DNA of 63,365 nt, filler included, from Lenisia limosa (taxonomy: Eukaryota > Protista > Breviatea), in the NCBI GenBank assembly GCA_001655205.1. It is 12 parts of 12 records of this genome, joined end to end, with 100 filler letters (N's around TTAATTAATTAA, not from the genome) between each part and the next. Parts side by side here need not be neighbours in the genome. Positions count along the whole stretch, not along the records: positions 38,392 to 45,335 come from LPNZ01010856.1; positions 45,436 to 46,784 come from LPNZ01005434.1; positions 46,885 to 49,621 come from LPNZ01008583.1; positions 49,722 to 52,519 come from LPNZ01006203.1; positions 52,620 to 54,395 come from LPNZ01011394.1; 7 more parts are not named here. One strand, 5' to 3'. Shown here piece by piece: positions 38,692 through 52,632 of this stretch. Each line of letters opens with the position of its first letter. Position 1 is the stretch's first letter. Below the pieces are notes generated by a model that made no database searches, was not told the DNA's origin, and was given only the letters and a program-made list of their open reading frames with translations. The translations under genes and the position numbers were made by a program.

Positions 38692-41600
38692 TGACCCGCG
38701 CCAGCCGCGACAGAATACACTAGATCGCAGAGATCTGAGGGACCAAGACGCAACTGCCCCTTTTGGTATAGGGGGAGGGGGTAAGTAATCCAATGGCCGG
38801 ATGGATTATACTATGCTTATGCTTGAATCAATATTTGAAGTGGTTGTCTTAGAATTGGTGAAATCAATTTTTCTCTTTTTGATCAAAATCGTGGATTTTT
38901 CCCGCGACTATTCACCTCACATTTCAGCAGATCGCGGATCTCATGCGATTCGAAACCACAACTCCCCACCGCACAGAGCCCCGGGCGCCTCTGGAGTCTT
39001 CACTCCTGCGGATTGTATGCCGTCAGAATTATTGTGCAAAACGAGAATAGTTGTATCATTTAAAATTGATATTTGATAGTAGTAATTCAATCAATCATTT
39101 GCTGTAAAATTGGTGCACTGAATAATTGTCCCCCCTGACACACACAGTGGGTAACTTTACCCGATAATATGATGCCTGAATTATTAGCCTCTTATAATAC
39201 AGTGGATTGGGACACGAGAAGTCAGCACAGCAACTATGGGCACTACAGCCCCCCAAGGTCGCCTGAGAACGTGTACCAAAACGGCTACATGTACCCGCCA
39301 GGCTTGCAGTCTATTGGTGGGAAGGCTATCTATTGGCGAGCTTCCTTAATTATCGCTCAGTTGGAGAAGAACTTTAATTTTAAAACTAACTTCTCAATAA
39401 CTACAACTATGTATTGATTCGGTTATCCCTTATCAAATCTCGCTCTTTCCCTTTTTCTGACTAGTACAGGCTTAGAAAGGAACACTCCGGTCAAAATGAG
39501 GTCAACACACAGGTGAGGGCCGTGGGCGTATTATGGATACCTTTTTTTGACGAAGACGCTTTTCCTCAAAGTGAACTACTCTCTTACTACAATAAAATGA
39601 CTAAGCAATAATAAGATTTGTGCAAATAAATAGAATTCCTTGTGAATCCCAGTGAATTGTTCACTATTTAGGAACAAGCAATCGAGGCGATCAGTCCAGG
39701 TTGGGGGAATTGTAACGTTCATACAACTTTATGATATCTAAAATTGGACTCAATTCAAATTTTAACGTCTGGCAATGTCGTCTATAGCCAAAAATGTTGT
39801 TCATATCCACTTGAGATATTTATATGGCCGTCTCAAAGGACGAAGAGAAAAATAACCAGAGTTTCATTGTAACTTGTCATCAGGGCTTCACTTCGGTTCA
39901 AAAAAAGACTGAATTTCTCGATAAATCCTCGATAAATCCTCGATATTTTATCAGTCTTTTTCGAACCGAAGTGAAGCCTACATTTCATGAGTGGATGTGA
40001 GGTGTCATACTGATACTACCGGGGGATATGCACTTGGATTGGGGGTTATGAATAGCATTCTGACCTCTTTTGTGGGATGGGGTGGGGGAGGGTGCTCGCA
40101 CAAGTGCTTGAGCAAGTTGTGGATGAAATGACCGTGTATATAATTACTTCTTTAAGGGAGTGAACACTGACCGGGATAGTCTTGACCGATTTTCCTTGAG
40201 AAATCACAGAGCAAATCGGTCTAGACTTATCCCGTTCACTGTACATTGGCAAAAGTAACCCTCGTTTAGGGGGTTGTGGAAGAAATGGACCTTCACTCTC
40301 AGATGGAGGGCGTGGAGCACGAACTTAAGGTTGGTCCTTTGTTTCCAAATAAATATTATGACACGATTTTAGTATGATTTGTAATACTGCTGATTTTACA
40401 CCCCCAGAATTCCCTATCCTCACCCACNNNNNNNNNNNNNNNNNNNNNNNNNNNNNNNNNNNNNNNNNNNNNNNNNNNNNNNNNNNNNNNNNNNNNNNNN
40501 NNNNNNNNNNNNNNNNNNNNNNNNNNNNNNNNNNNNNNNNNNNNNNNNNNNNNNNNNNNNNNNNNNNNNNNNNNNNNNNNNNNNNNNNNNNNNNNNNNNN
40601 NNNNNNNNTGCGGCCAGCTCACTTCCCCACCACTCTACTGTACGCGGGCCCTTTTTAGACTGTCCTTAATGCTATACCATATTTTGTACTCGTGGTTTAT
40701 AATTGATGCTCATTCTTTGTTGTTTTTGGACGTTTTCAAACTCTCATGGACGAATATTGAATCTAGAGCTCTTTCTAATTAATTTCTTTGACCAATTAAT
40801 TGGCAACTAATTCAAATTAATTGAAAAATTAATTTTTTAATTATTTTCATTTAGTTGTATCAGTTGGAGTTATATGCTCATAACACCCCCCTTGTCTGCC
40901 ATCGGAGTTGATATTGGGCTTTTCAAAAATTTTCCAATTTTACCCCCCCCCCCCNNNNNNNNNNNNNNNNNNNNNNNNNNNNNNNNNNNNNNNNNNNNNN
41001 NNNNNNNNNNNNNNNNNNNNNNNNNNNNNNNNNNNNNNNNNNNNNNNNNNNNNNNNNNNNNNGCATGGCCATACACAGCCTGACCGACCGCATGGCTCAG
41101 CTTGAGGCCGAGGCCATGGCGGTGAGTTTCATTCTCCATAGCCCACTTTTTTTCATATTCATATTTATGATTAATTGACAAAGAAAATGGAGGAGTTCTT
41201 TTGATATTCCCAGCGGACTTCTCAACTTTCGAGCTGGCTTGTTCCAAATATCAGTGTTTCACATAATATATCAGTGGGCTACTGTGGACTGAAATGGTCC
41301 GGTGCTTACTTTCGAGCAAGGCTATATATTCTATAACTATGTGCTATAAAAAAAATTACCTTTCTACGAAAAAATCTTGATATCTGACACGCACAGTCGG
41401 AGGCGTCAGCGCAAGAATGGCGTCAAAAAGCCCGCGCGCAGCGCAAAGACTTTACCAGACAATTGCAAAATGATGTGGGTTTCAGAATGGCGGGATATGA
41501 TTTAATTATTATTGTTGTTAATTAAATTTCTAAAGGTTCAAGAGAAGTTCTATCCCATTATCTAACTTTGAATAGTCATCTCAAATGATTGAACTGACTT

Positions 41601-43446
41601 TTGTATTCCCCTGAAATTGACTGAATCAGACTTCTCGGTCCATAGCCTCCCCAGCATACATGCGGCAAAGAACCCTGGAGTCCCCCCTGGCAAACCTCTC
41701 GCCAGTGTCTAGGTGAGGCGTTGCGCTTGTGTGGCGCTTTTGAGCTGTAATAAAGGAGCAAGTTTGTTTGAATGTTTAATCTGATTGTGCTTCCATTTCG
41801 ACAAAGCTAATTTGGAAACAGATGTTGTTTTTTTGTTTCATCCCCCCCCCCCCCCNNNNNNNNNNNNNNNNNNNNNNNNNNNNNNNNNNNNNNNNNNNNN
41901 NNNNNNNNNNNNNNNNNNNNNNNNNNNNNNNNNGGGGTCTCTCTCTCGCCATCTGTGTGGAAGCCCATATGCATTTCATACCCTCCAGAGACGCCCGTCA
42001 TCGGCTTCGGACCCTCGACGAACGGCAGCCCTCAACTCCGCCAGTCGCACCCTTGACTTCAATGAGGTGGAGGGGGGGGGGGGTCAAATACCATAATTAG
42101 GGCTTCACTTCGGTTCGAAAAAAGACTGAATTGCTCGATAAATCTTCGAAAACCATCGATATTTTACTGGTCTTTTTCGAACCGAAGTGAAGCCCTACCC
42201 TTACCCCATTATTCTCTTCATCAAATCTTCCTTCATTCAACGCCTCTCCCTTGTCAAGCAAAGAGGGTTGATTTTGGGCTTTTGTTATTTGTTTATTAAT
42301 TTTCCATTTTTACACACTCCCTCCCCCAGTCTCTCAAGAGATACGATGAGAGCATTGCTTCTGCAAAGAAGAATGCCAACTCCTTCTCCCTCAGAATGCT
42401 AGCTCCGACCACCCAGGTCTTTTGGGGCTATGAAATGGAGAGAGAGAAATATATAATATACTTATTTCTAGTATACTATATATTATATATAGTATATATA
42501 TATATATATCACTCTGCTGGGGAGGCACGCAGAAAGCTGTGTGCACAGAGTTATAAGGCAAATGATTGGGTGAATTAATACTATACAATAATCCAATTTC
42601 TCATATAAGCGTGATGGTGTGGACGGCTTTGACCAGATACATCCTTTTTATTTATTTCTCATTGCTATCACTTTCGTCTGAAAAAGGAGAGGATTTCTCG
42701 ATATTTTGCTTGTTTTCCCCAAAATGGAGTGGATTTGAGATATGGACAACAGAAATAATATCAAAGATGACAGCAAGCTGTATTATCTCGTGCCATTTTC
42801 TTGTTGTTATCAACCCTCGTGTTTTGCAGAGTTGATTTTGGGCTTTTTTGTTTCATAAATTTCCCATTTCACCCCCTTCTTAGGCTGAAAACGACGAGGT
42901 CCTCCTGGCTCGCGCTGACGCAGTGTTGCGTGGTGGCCGAGGCGGTGTTGCCACATTGACCCACGAACGAGCACGCGAGCGCAATTCTGAGCTTCCCAGT
43001 CAATCCGACTTTTCTGTCAGCCCGAAGGCCTCGCGATCTAGATCACAGATCCAAAGAATCGGGCTCTCATCGCCTATCAAACCGGGCCGGAAAGCGAAAT
43101 GTGGGTGGACGGAGGGGGGGGGGNNNNNNNNNNNNNNNNNNNNNNNNNNNNNNNNNNNNNNNNNNNNNNNNNNNNNNNNNNNNNNNNNNNNNNNNNNNNN
43201 NNNNNNNNNNNNNNNNNNNNNNNNNNNNNNNNNNNNNNNNNNNNNNNNNNNNNNNNNNNNNNNNNNNNNNNNNNNNNNNNNNNNNNNNNNNNNNNNNNNN
43301 NNNNNNNNNNNNNNNNNNNNNNNNNNNNNNNNNNNNNNNNNNNNNNNNNNNNNNGGAACAATAGGTGAATCATGAATTATTGTCTCCTTACCTTTTCAGC
43401 TTTCATCTTCCTCCAAGCTGGACTAGTTCTGTACACGATGTACTAG
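38692..43446 (+). CDS. Hypothetical Ser/Pro-rich coiled-coil protein with a C-terminal hydrophobic tail (tail-anchor-like)
   Basis: More than 10 open exons (e.g. MAIHSLTDRMAQLEAEAMA; SEASAQEWRQKARAQRKDFTRQLQND); last exon FIFLQAGLVLYTMY*. Several exons fall in gaps. Confidence 0.5.
39882..39980. mobile_element. MITE family A, full-length
   Basis: Both TIRs present; internal TCGATAAATCC motif duplicated. Confidence 0.85.
42098..42197. mobile_element. MITE family A, near-perfect copy, TA-flanked, intronic
   Basis: TA-GGGCTTCACTTCGGTTCGAAAAAAGAC...GTCTTTTTCGAACCGAAGTGAAGCCC-TA. Confidence 0.9.
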
Positions 43447-44100
43447 GTTATTTATGCACTCTATTTGTTTCCGATAATCAGCCAAACAATGCCAAAACCA
43501 AAATGTTTTCCAAATGAAGCTTGCGCTTCATGACATCATGACATAGTCATGTGTAGTTGTGCAATTGTGCAATTGATGTGCAATTGATAAGTTGATAAGT
43601 ATTTTACTAATTAGGTTCCTCAGAGTTTACTCATTGAAACAGTTGCAAAAAATGCTGCAACAGCTAAACAGTTCCTGCACGGTGCAAGCGTGTAACATTA
43701 TTAGAGTGGACCCCCATGTATTTTTTGAACAAAACTGAACTTTTTTGCTCGAACCGTTGCTTGAGAGCTTGAGAGAGTACGGCTCTTTTTATTTGACTTA
43801 AAGGGAGACTGGGGGACAGGTTAAGAGAAGCGGACAGTTGGATTTGGCTTTATTTGTCGCACAACTCGTGCTAAGTCTTGCCTATCGTACTCGCCAGGTC
43901 AGTTTTATTCTGTTTTTGTGTACTATACAATGATTGAACGCCATCCCGAGGCCTAGTGATGTCATTTCTTTCACCTCCCCCCCCCNNNNNNNNNNNNNNN
44001 NNNNNNNNNNNNNNNNNNNNNNNNNNNNNNNNNNNNNNNNNNNNNNNNNNNNNNNNNNNNNNNNNNNNNNNNNNNNNNTTATCATGATTGTATTCCTTCA

Positions 44101-44219
44101 TTATCCTCCTTTTGCATGTTCATGTTGATACATCATTTCATTATCCTCCTTTTGCATGTTCATGTTGATACATCATTTCATTATCCTCCTTTGCATGTTC
44201 ATGTTGATACATCATTTCT
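44101..44219. repeat. 40-bp minisatellite x3
   Basis: TTATCCTCCTTTTGCATGTTCATGTTGATACATCATTTCA x3. Confidence 0.9.
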
Positions 44220-44409
44220 AGCAAACACAATTTCTGTATTATCCGTGATGGTCGCCAAATAACACCTTGTTTTTTTTTTTTGCATTCATATATTATACTA
44301 CACAGTTGTCAGTCAAAAGATTGGGTGAATAAATATTATACAATAAATCAATATCTAAAGCGTGATAGTGTGGACGTCTTCGGCCAGATACAAACTTGTT
44401 TTTTTTATA

Positions 44410-44800
44410 CTGTCAACTTTTGGTTGTTTTTGACATAAATCCCCCTCTTATTTGCCTTTGTATCAGCAATGCTCAAAAGTAAATGTCTACCATTTCAAAT
44501 GTTGTTAGACAGTGTTTGGTACTGTGTTTGGAAAATTTAGACCTCATAGAGACGAGAAAATCAACTTAGTGACCCCCAAACTGAGGATTTTTACCTTAGC
44601 CAAAAAGGTCAACTTTTGGTTGTTTTTGACATAAATCCCCCCCCCCCCNNNNNNNNNNNNNNNNNNNNNNNNNNNNNNNNNNNNNNNNNNNNNNNNNNNN
44701 NNNNNNNNNNNNNNNNNNNNCAAAAGTAAATGTCTCTTAGACACTTTCAAATGTTGTTAGACGGTGTTTGGTGTTGTTTTTGGGAAAGCTAGACCTCACA
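44410..44800. repeat. ~200-250-bp imperfect tandem duplication
   Basis: GTCAACTTTTGGTTGTTTTTGACATAAATCCCC at ~44412 and ~44608; CAAAAGTAAATGTCT...TTCAAATGTTGTTAGAC at ~44474 and ~44721. Confidence 0.7.
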
Positions 44801-44899
44801 GAGGCGAGGCAATTGGCTTTATGATCCCCAAACTTGGGGCTATTTACCTTAGAGCATTCATATAGTATCCTAATCTATTCTGATTTCGTAGACCTATTC

Positions 44900-46595
44900 T
44901 GATCACTATAGAATGCCGGCACGGGTTCCAATTGCCAAAGTGCCCCGGATGTGCGATGTCAAGGATGACGCGTACACCGGCCCTATGGAGGTGTGACGGG
45001 TTGACCCAAATTTGGGCTGGATAGGTAATATATGGTATATCGATATATATGATAAAATTTAGATACCTTTTTGATAATACGTATTTTTTTTTTGACAATT
45101 TCTACGTACCCACATCTCAAGCGGTCTTCTTACACCATGTCTAATTGATTGCTCCCCTTTGTACCATGTCTATTTGATATGTGCACTGTGTGTTACTGTC
45201 TTTACCAGTTTTTCTGTTGAGAAATATAGTATTTTTGGTCAACAAGCCTATACTAGATATACTATGATAATTTTTTGACTTAGTTTCCCTATTCATAGAC
45301 AGAAATACGTATGATATAGCTACATATTATATAATNNNNNNNNNNNNNNNNNNNNNNNNNNNNNNNNNNNNNNNNNNNNTTAATTAATTAANNNNNNNNN
45401 NNNNNNNNNNNNNNNNNNNNNNNNNNNNNNNNNNNCGGTATAACCAGTGGCACGAATTGGGGTATAGGGAGAATTGGTCTTGGGTGTACTAGGGAACTAC
45501 AAGAGATCAAATTCAATCCCCTCGTAAAATATTAGAGATTATCTCTAATTTTTTTTAGAGTTTTTACGTTTAGGCCCACATTGGATTTATATTGGATTTA
45601 TCATGGACAATAAATATACTGTAATCATATTCCCCAAATATATAGAAATGAGAAATAAAAAATAAGGATGTATCTGGCTGAAGCCATCCACACCATCACG
45701 CTATGAGATATTGGATAATATTAATTCATCCAATCATTTGCCTTACAACTCTGTACACACAGCTTTCTTCTCTATATTCTCCAAGGTTACGATTTCTGAT
45801 TCAAACGTATTTACCCCCCCCCCCNNNNNNNNNNNNNNNNNNNNNNNNNNNNNNNNNNNNNNNNNNNNNNNNNNNNNNNNNNNNNNNNNNNNNNNNNNNN
45901 NNNNNNNNNNNNNNNNGGAGTGGGAGGAGCTGACGCATGTGAATGTGACGAGGGCGATGGGAAGGCCGGAGAGGAGGGCAAGCTGACTGCATGGAAGTCC
46001 TTGGGTCTGGGCAGGGGTAAGAGTAAAATTAGAAATTTATGAAACAAACAAGAAAAAACAAGAACCCAAATCAACTCTTTGTTGACAACACACGAGGGTG
46101 AACCATATTAATATAGTAATATGGTACCATATCATATAGTATACATACTATATATGATAGAGTACCATAATTATTACAACGAAAACTCTTGCAAGGACCA
46201 ACTTCCGTCTTTTTGCTGCAGCTTGCTTCAATTTCGATTTCCACGCTCGCCACCCAACGTTCAAACTGCAATAAAATAAACGCAGCATGGAAACTGTTTT
46301 TTTGATAATTCTGGCTGTTACTTATCATAAAAGGAAAGTGATATTCTATTAAATTTCCTAAAAAAGAAAGTTCGAGTCCAACCTTCCGGATTCGGAATCG
46401 TGAAGTTTTAGACAAAGCTGGTCAAAGGAGTCCAGAGCTGATGGTGAGTAAATTTGTTGCAAAAAATATGAGAAAGTGAAGTTGAGAAGTTAGAGATAAT
46501 TCTGTGCAAAGAAGTATTCTCATACCCGGTGGGTTCGGGAGGATCTGTGCTTTTGCTGCCTCGACTCTTTCCCGAGTAAACTCCTCAAATAACTG
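44900..46595 (-). CDS. Exon fragments of hypothetical gene(s), spanning a spacer
   Basis: Open GT/AG-bounded exons such as LFEEFTRERVEAAKAQILPNPP, LNVGWRAWKSKLKQAAAKRRKLVLARVF and QIWVNPSHLHRAGVRVILDIAHPGHFG. Confidence 0.35.
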
Positions 46596-49500
46596 GAAAT
46601 ATGAGAGGATGGAGAAATTTGGGGTAAAATCTTCAAAAAACAGGGGTAAAATCTTCATAAGGATACACTATGAATAATTATGTATGTACACAGAGTATAC
46701 TTATGACATTTCTTCCACCCAAAAAACAAACCTGGGTGGGCTGAAGTGCTTTAAGAAATGTTTGGCAACTCGAAGATGGATGGTNNNNNNNNNNNNNNNN
46801 NNNNNNNNNNNNNNNNNNNNNNNNNNNNTTAATTAATTAANNNNNNNNNNNNNNNNNNNNNNNNNNNNNNNNNNNNNNNNNNNNCTGACAACACATGAGG
46901 GCTGATAACAACAAATAAAAAAAGTCCAAAATCAACAATGATGTAATGCTGCAAAGGGGGCTTAGGGGATGTTGGTGATACAATGCTAAGAGGGAGTTAT
47001 TGGGGAGACGGTTAGAGAGACAATAGGAAAAGAAGGGAGGGCTTCTGCACCGCCTTCCATGTTGAAGAGGGGGGGGGGAGTAAAATTGGAAGATTCATAA
47101 AACAAAAAGAGCACTGTTGGCTGATAACACANNNNNNNNNNNNNNNNNNNNNNNNNNNNNNNNNNNNNNNNNNNNNNNNNNNNNNNNNNNNNNNNNNNNN
47201 NNNNNNNNNNNNNNNNNNNNNNNNNNNNNNNNNNNNNNNNNNNNNNNNNNNNNNNNNNNNNNNNNNNNNNNNNNNNNNNNNNNNNNNNNNNNNNNNNNNN
47301 NNNNNNNNNNNNNNNNNNNNNNNNNNNNNNNNNNNGGGTGGAGGTCTCCCTTCAAGCTACCCAAAAGAAGAACCAAACATATGCCATCAAAAGCACGCGA
47401 AAAACAATGTAAACATCCAATACCGCATCAGCACCATCATCAAGACTTTCATATGTTGTAAGAATCCCGTATTTGCGCCCCTACTTTGGCTATTCATCTT
47501 GAGATCAGGAGGGAGCTGAGGGGGAGAAATGAAACAAGAACTTAACTAAAAATCCAGATCTATATTAAGCTAATATACAAACAAAACAACTAGAATACAA
47601 ACAAGAAGAACGAAAAGAGGCTTTGTGGTGGTGATCTTTTGCTTAAAAATAGTTACGATTTTAGACGCTTTATAAACCAAAATCTTCAATGGACAAGTTC
47701 TTTCTGTATTGTCACCATAGTGGACTCTTTGTGGCTTTGTGGATATTTAAAAGTGATTAGCGATATTAGTAGGGAAAATTGGTAGATTTGCAGTTATTTT
47801 ATATTCCTCTCTCCCAATGTAACTGTCCCCTCTTCCTTTCACCTAAGAACAACGTACAAAATGAAAGAAGAGTCCTACATGGAGTAAGTTCCTTTTTCTT
47901 CGCTTTATTCCTCACTTCTCAGCTCAATGTCAAAGCGATCTCGAACAGATGATCCAAGTGAGGAGGGTGACAGTTCTCATTCTCTTTCCATTTCTTTTCT
48001 TTAATAAATAAATTTCATAAGCTTGCGAAAACAGGATCTTCCTGTTATTCATAAAAAAAATCCCCCTTTGATCCCCCTCTTTTTCTTGTGCAAGAAAATA
48101 AAATCTAAGTACTTCTCCCCCTCATTTGCCCCCCTTTTTTTTTTGTTTTATTGTTGTCTTTTTGTTTAGTTCAAAATACAGGTGCTATATATTTGTGAGA
48201 CTTATATTCGTATAAAGACACGAGCAAATACATGAGCTTTAAATTTGTGAGTATTCTATAGTTAATAGTGCTTCATATGTATGTATTAATAAATGAGCTT
48301 TATTATTTGCGAAAACTTATATTTTGAATACATACACTGGCCGCGAAGTCTTTACCTATATTGAGCTTTTGTATTGGTTAATCGTGACACTAAGTGTTCT
48401 TATAAACAATCCCCCGCTCATCGTATGGAAGTGAGTTTTTTTTTTATGTGTAAAAACTTATAATACGCAAATACATAAGCTTTATGTAAATTCATGAACT
48501 TTCCCGCAAGTAATCACCCATATAGGCGGCAGTTATGGTGCGCGAAGCGGGCCTTCAATCCTCGCGTCTGATCACCATTGTAAGTTGGTATTTTCAATCT
48601 TGTCTGATCACCATCGTGAGTCTGCACTTATTGTTTCGATTAATGGCTCGAAAACTATTGATATTTCAATGAGCTTAAACCAGTCTCATATTTACTGACC
48701 TCCGTGATTTNNNNNNNNNNNNNNNNNNNNNNNNNNNNNNNNNNNNNNNNNNNNNNNNNNNNNNNNNNNNNNNNNNNNNNNNNNNNNNNNNNNNNNNNNN
48801 NNNNNNNNNNNNNNNACTCATATTTACTGATCTTCCAGTGATGAATTCGAGTTATTATGACCGAAACATGGGGCCGAAGCCGAGCATTTTCGGCAACAAG
48901 TTCAGCAGGTATGCACAGGGCTTCACTTTGGTTCGAAAAACAGCTGAATTTCTCAATAAAGCCTCGAAAATTATCTAGGATATTTCACTTGTCTATTTAG
49001 CACTACTTACCTTGGTTTAGTTCTTATTTCAACATATTCTTCCCTCACTCACGATAAATTCGTACTACCTTTTTTTTTTACTCGCCTCTACATCAGTCTT
49101 GACCGATTTGCTCTATGATTTTCCAAGGAAAATAGGTCAAGACTTATCGCGGTCGTCATATTTATTATACTTTTATTTTCCACCTCTTCATCTTCATATG
49201 ATATTCATTTTCTCAGTCTTCCCGCCTTGTTTCTTATTGATTCTTCCCTCCCTCACATTAAGTATCTCTTGTCTTATTGATTCTTCCCTCTCACCATTTA
49301 GTAACTCATACTATGGCGAGGCAGAGTCCCAGGAGTATAGGCCTAGTATTATGAATACAGCCCTTCTCAAGGACGAAGCCATGAGGTAATTTGGATTATT
49401 ATGCAAGTTGTTAGGAATTTGGATATTGATACAAGTTGCGCCAACATATAGGTGACCCTGGGTGTTTTTTTCCCATTATGTACTCATCCCTCCTTTTTAA

Positions 49501-49721
49501 ATAGTATCGATATAATAATTATCCTGTTTTCTTTGTGCTTTGTTGTTTTCAACCCTCGAGTGTTAGTTATTGTTGGGCTTGTTGTTTCATGAATTTCCAA
49601 TTGTACCTCCCCTTACCTATTNNNNNNNNNNNNNNNNNNNNNNNNNNNNNNNNNNNNNNNNNNNNTTAATTAATTAANNNNNNNNNNNNNNNNNNNNNNN
49701 NNNNNNNNNNNNNNNNNNNNN

Positions 49722-50705
49722 TTACCAGATCAAGTCAATTATGACAAAAGAGGTGTACCTCAACCGAATCCTCCATCGCCAAGTCAAGCTTTCGTTTGAG
49801 GTAGGTGGGAGTGGTTCTGTTATCTTGATACTTTTGTTTTAAGTCTCTCTTTCACATTTCAATACAAATGTGAATCAAAAAATACTTCAATTTTTGAATG
49901 ACAATGATGCTAAAAACAAATTACCTCAGATGTGCTGTGACCATGTGAATCTTCGAAATGCTGTTTTCCAGCAAGACAATCATCCAAAACACACTGCGAA
50001 GGTAAGATTACTTTCATCATGTCTAATGGAATAAATTTTGTGGTTTGTGTTAGTCAAATGTGAAAGGTTAATTTACTAATACTGATTTGTAAACGCTACT
50101 TTGAAGCAGCACCCTACGAGCTACTAGATTGGCCAGCACAGAGCCCCGACCTGAACCCAATTGAGCATGCGTGGTACCTTCTGGACCGAGATCTTCGTGC
50201 GTCTGGCATCAAGCCAACATCAGAATCAGATATGATGGAGCATTTACAAGCTGCTTGGTCCAAGGTACCCAAAACCGACATAAAACACCTAATTGAGTCC
50301 ATACCTCGTCGTTGCCAAGCTGTTATCGATGCCAAGGGAGGGCCTACCAAATACTTGCTGTTTTTCGTACTTTGATATGGTCCATTTCGTCAATTTTCAA
50401 AATGGCATTTTTTTGTTTTGGTAGTTTCAGTATATTGACCTTCAGTACTCTGGTGTATATATGGCATAAAATTAAAAACTTTTTTTGTGTATAATGACGT
50501 TTTTTGAGTAAAAACGAATAAAATTNNNNNNNNNNNNNNNNNNNNNNNNNNNNNNNNNNNNNNNNNNNNNNNNNNNNNNNNNNNNNNNNNNNNNNNNNNN
50601 NNNNNNNNNNNNNNNNNNNNNNNNNNNNNNNNNNNNNNNNNNNNNNNNNNNNNNNNNNNNNNCATACAAGGATGTTCAAGAGGGTCATAATATGTCTGAC
50701 AACTG
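49722..50705 (+). mobile_element. Tc1/mariner DNA transposon, 3' part: intron-containing DDE transposase plus a putative right TIR
   Basis: Exons 49722-49800 (KSIMTKEVYLNRILHRQVKLSFE), 49930-50001 (AVFQQDNHPKHTAK) and ~50085-50375 (WPAQSPDLNPIEHAW...LIESIPRRCQAVIDAKGGPTKY). GGGTCATAATATGTCTGACAACTG ending at 50705 resembles a Tc1 CAGTTG terminus. Confidence 0.88.
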
Positions 50706-51159
50706 TCACACAGTTCAATAAGTCACGTTGCAGGAAGCTAAAAGAATGAAAGATAAAAATACAAAAAAAAGAAATTGAAACAACCTCGAAAGTCAGGAAA
50801 ATGGACATTTACCTTTTTCACTCCGAAGCTGCTTTTTATAGTATATATATGTAGATATAGTAATATAGATATTATACTCCATAATTTTGGAATATCAAAG
50901 CAAAGTATCGTAACTGAAAGGATTTTTCCTCGTATCAAATCGCTACTTTGAAATAGAGCTCATGTGAAACAAACGACACAGATAACAATGCCCCAGTGCC
51001 GTCAAAAGTTTAACCTCAGTTCAACTATTGAAATCTCAACAAATACTATTTTTCAAACGATCCAATCATACTCTCTTAGACGAATGCCATGTCCATCCAC
51101 TCACATATATAATACTTGTACTTGTATCAATGAAAAACAAATCTCTTGAGATTACAGGT

Positions 51160-52519
51160 ATCCACTTCTTCCACCAGCTTTCTGAACTCCAGAAAGTGTT
51201 GCAGTGGGTCGACGTTCTCTTAGGGAAGTCAAACCAACATATTCCATTTTAACACAAACCTGAAGACCACATACATGTACGTCTTTCAATTGGTGTATAG
51301 TTGCTTTAGCGAAATCAGGGTTTCCCGTGTATTTATCCAAAGTCATGAAAAAAGACGTTAACTTTGCTTTGGCTTGGTTTATTTCACTTTGTCGTATGAT
51401 GATCCACTTGGCGTTGGTGTAGCGTAGCAAGGGGCTTGGTGATTCGGTCGACGAACAACTCGATCTGGTGATCTTGGGGACCCATTTCAGGTCTACCTGA
51501 TGGCAGTGTGTTCTCAAAGTGGGTGATTGTTCGGCTTGATGGGTAACTCGGCAAATTGAACTATTTTCAAGCTCGTGGATTTTCAAATCATGCTTCTGCT
51601 ATGCACATATGGAAGATGAAGAGAGCCAGACTTTCGTTCAAAGACAACTCATACTGTATTTCTCCCTGAGACCAAGTGATATTGCTGCTAACAGGACAGC
51701 TGCATCAGAACTGTCTTCCGGCTTCAAAATGATACGGCAACAGAAAGAAACAAAGAGGAAGGTGACTGGTTATTGTCGATATTACACCTCGCAAGTTTGT
51801 CCACTTTTTAAAGGAGAGTATCGCTGGGACTCTGAGCATATAATTTTTTATTGCTTGAGAGCTGAGCATAGTGTTTCACATTCATAGCAACTTCAGGTCC
51901 ATCATTACTGATGTTCTTGAATTGTCTTTTGTCCTTTAACAACTCTTTCTGGACGAGATAACAAAGACTACATTGGCTGGACTGTGTGTCTGCAACTTGG
52001 GGACAATTCACGGCTCTGACAAACACAACCTTCCCTCTTGGAAACCTCTATGCCTTTTCTCACTTTGTTATTGGACCAATCCATTGAGAGAAGGCAGTCA
52101 TCAAATACGCCTGTGAATGGGGTGAGAGGAGAAGGGGAGTGTTGGAGAAAGGGCTTGAGGCCAATGTTGGGGTTGGAGGGGTAGTACATCCAACAGTTGT
52201 CATCGGTCTGTTCGTATGTCGCGATGAGGAGGCAGGCCTAGTTCTTGACAATGAGCTTCAATTGCAGGTATGTAGTATTGACCGATGTACTCCAAAAAAG
52301 TATCACACGTCTATAATGGTAAGAATTAAAAGGGATATATTCGCGTTTAACTCGACCCCATTGACCTATTCATGTTACTGTGAATGACAATTTCCCTCAA
52401 ACCTGCCATCTGTTGGGAGCATGAATCGACGATGCACCATAGCGGGAGAGAATATCAGACTCATCGCGAATAGTCTTCTGGTTGAGAAGTTGAACCGGTT
52501 TGATGGGTTTAAGGCTTGA
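51160..52519 (-). CDS. Hypothetical multi-exon gene, 5'-partial
   Basis: Open exons with C-ending codon bias: KPVQLLNQKTIRDESDILSRYG..., ACLLIATYEQTDDNCWMYYPSNPNIG..., KELLKDKRQFKNISNDGPEVAMN. Confidence 0.45.
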
Positions 52520-52632
52520 NNNNNNNNNNNNNNNNNNNNNNNNNNNNNNNNNNNNNNNNNNNNTTAATTAATTAANNNNNNNNNNNNNNNNNNNNNNNNN
52601 NNNNNNNNNNNNNNNNNNNCCCCCCCCCCCCA

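Noticed and set aside
7996-44219. Short direct-repeat arrays (8015, 38441, 44101) as CRISPR arrays
   Set aside because: They are head-to-tail minisatellites without unique spacers, in a eukaryotic context with no cas genes.
51395-51520. FENTLPSGRPEMGPQDHQIELF resembling the Ty3/gypsy protease-RT linker
   Set aside because: No downstream RT motifs are present, and the segment behaves like an exon in a spliced gene.
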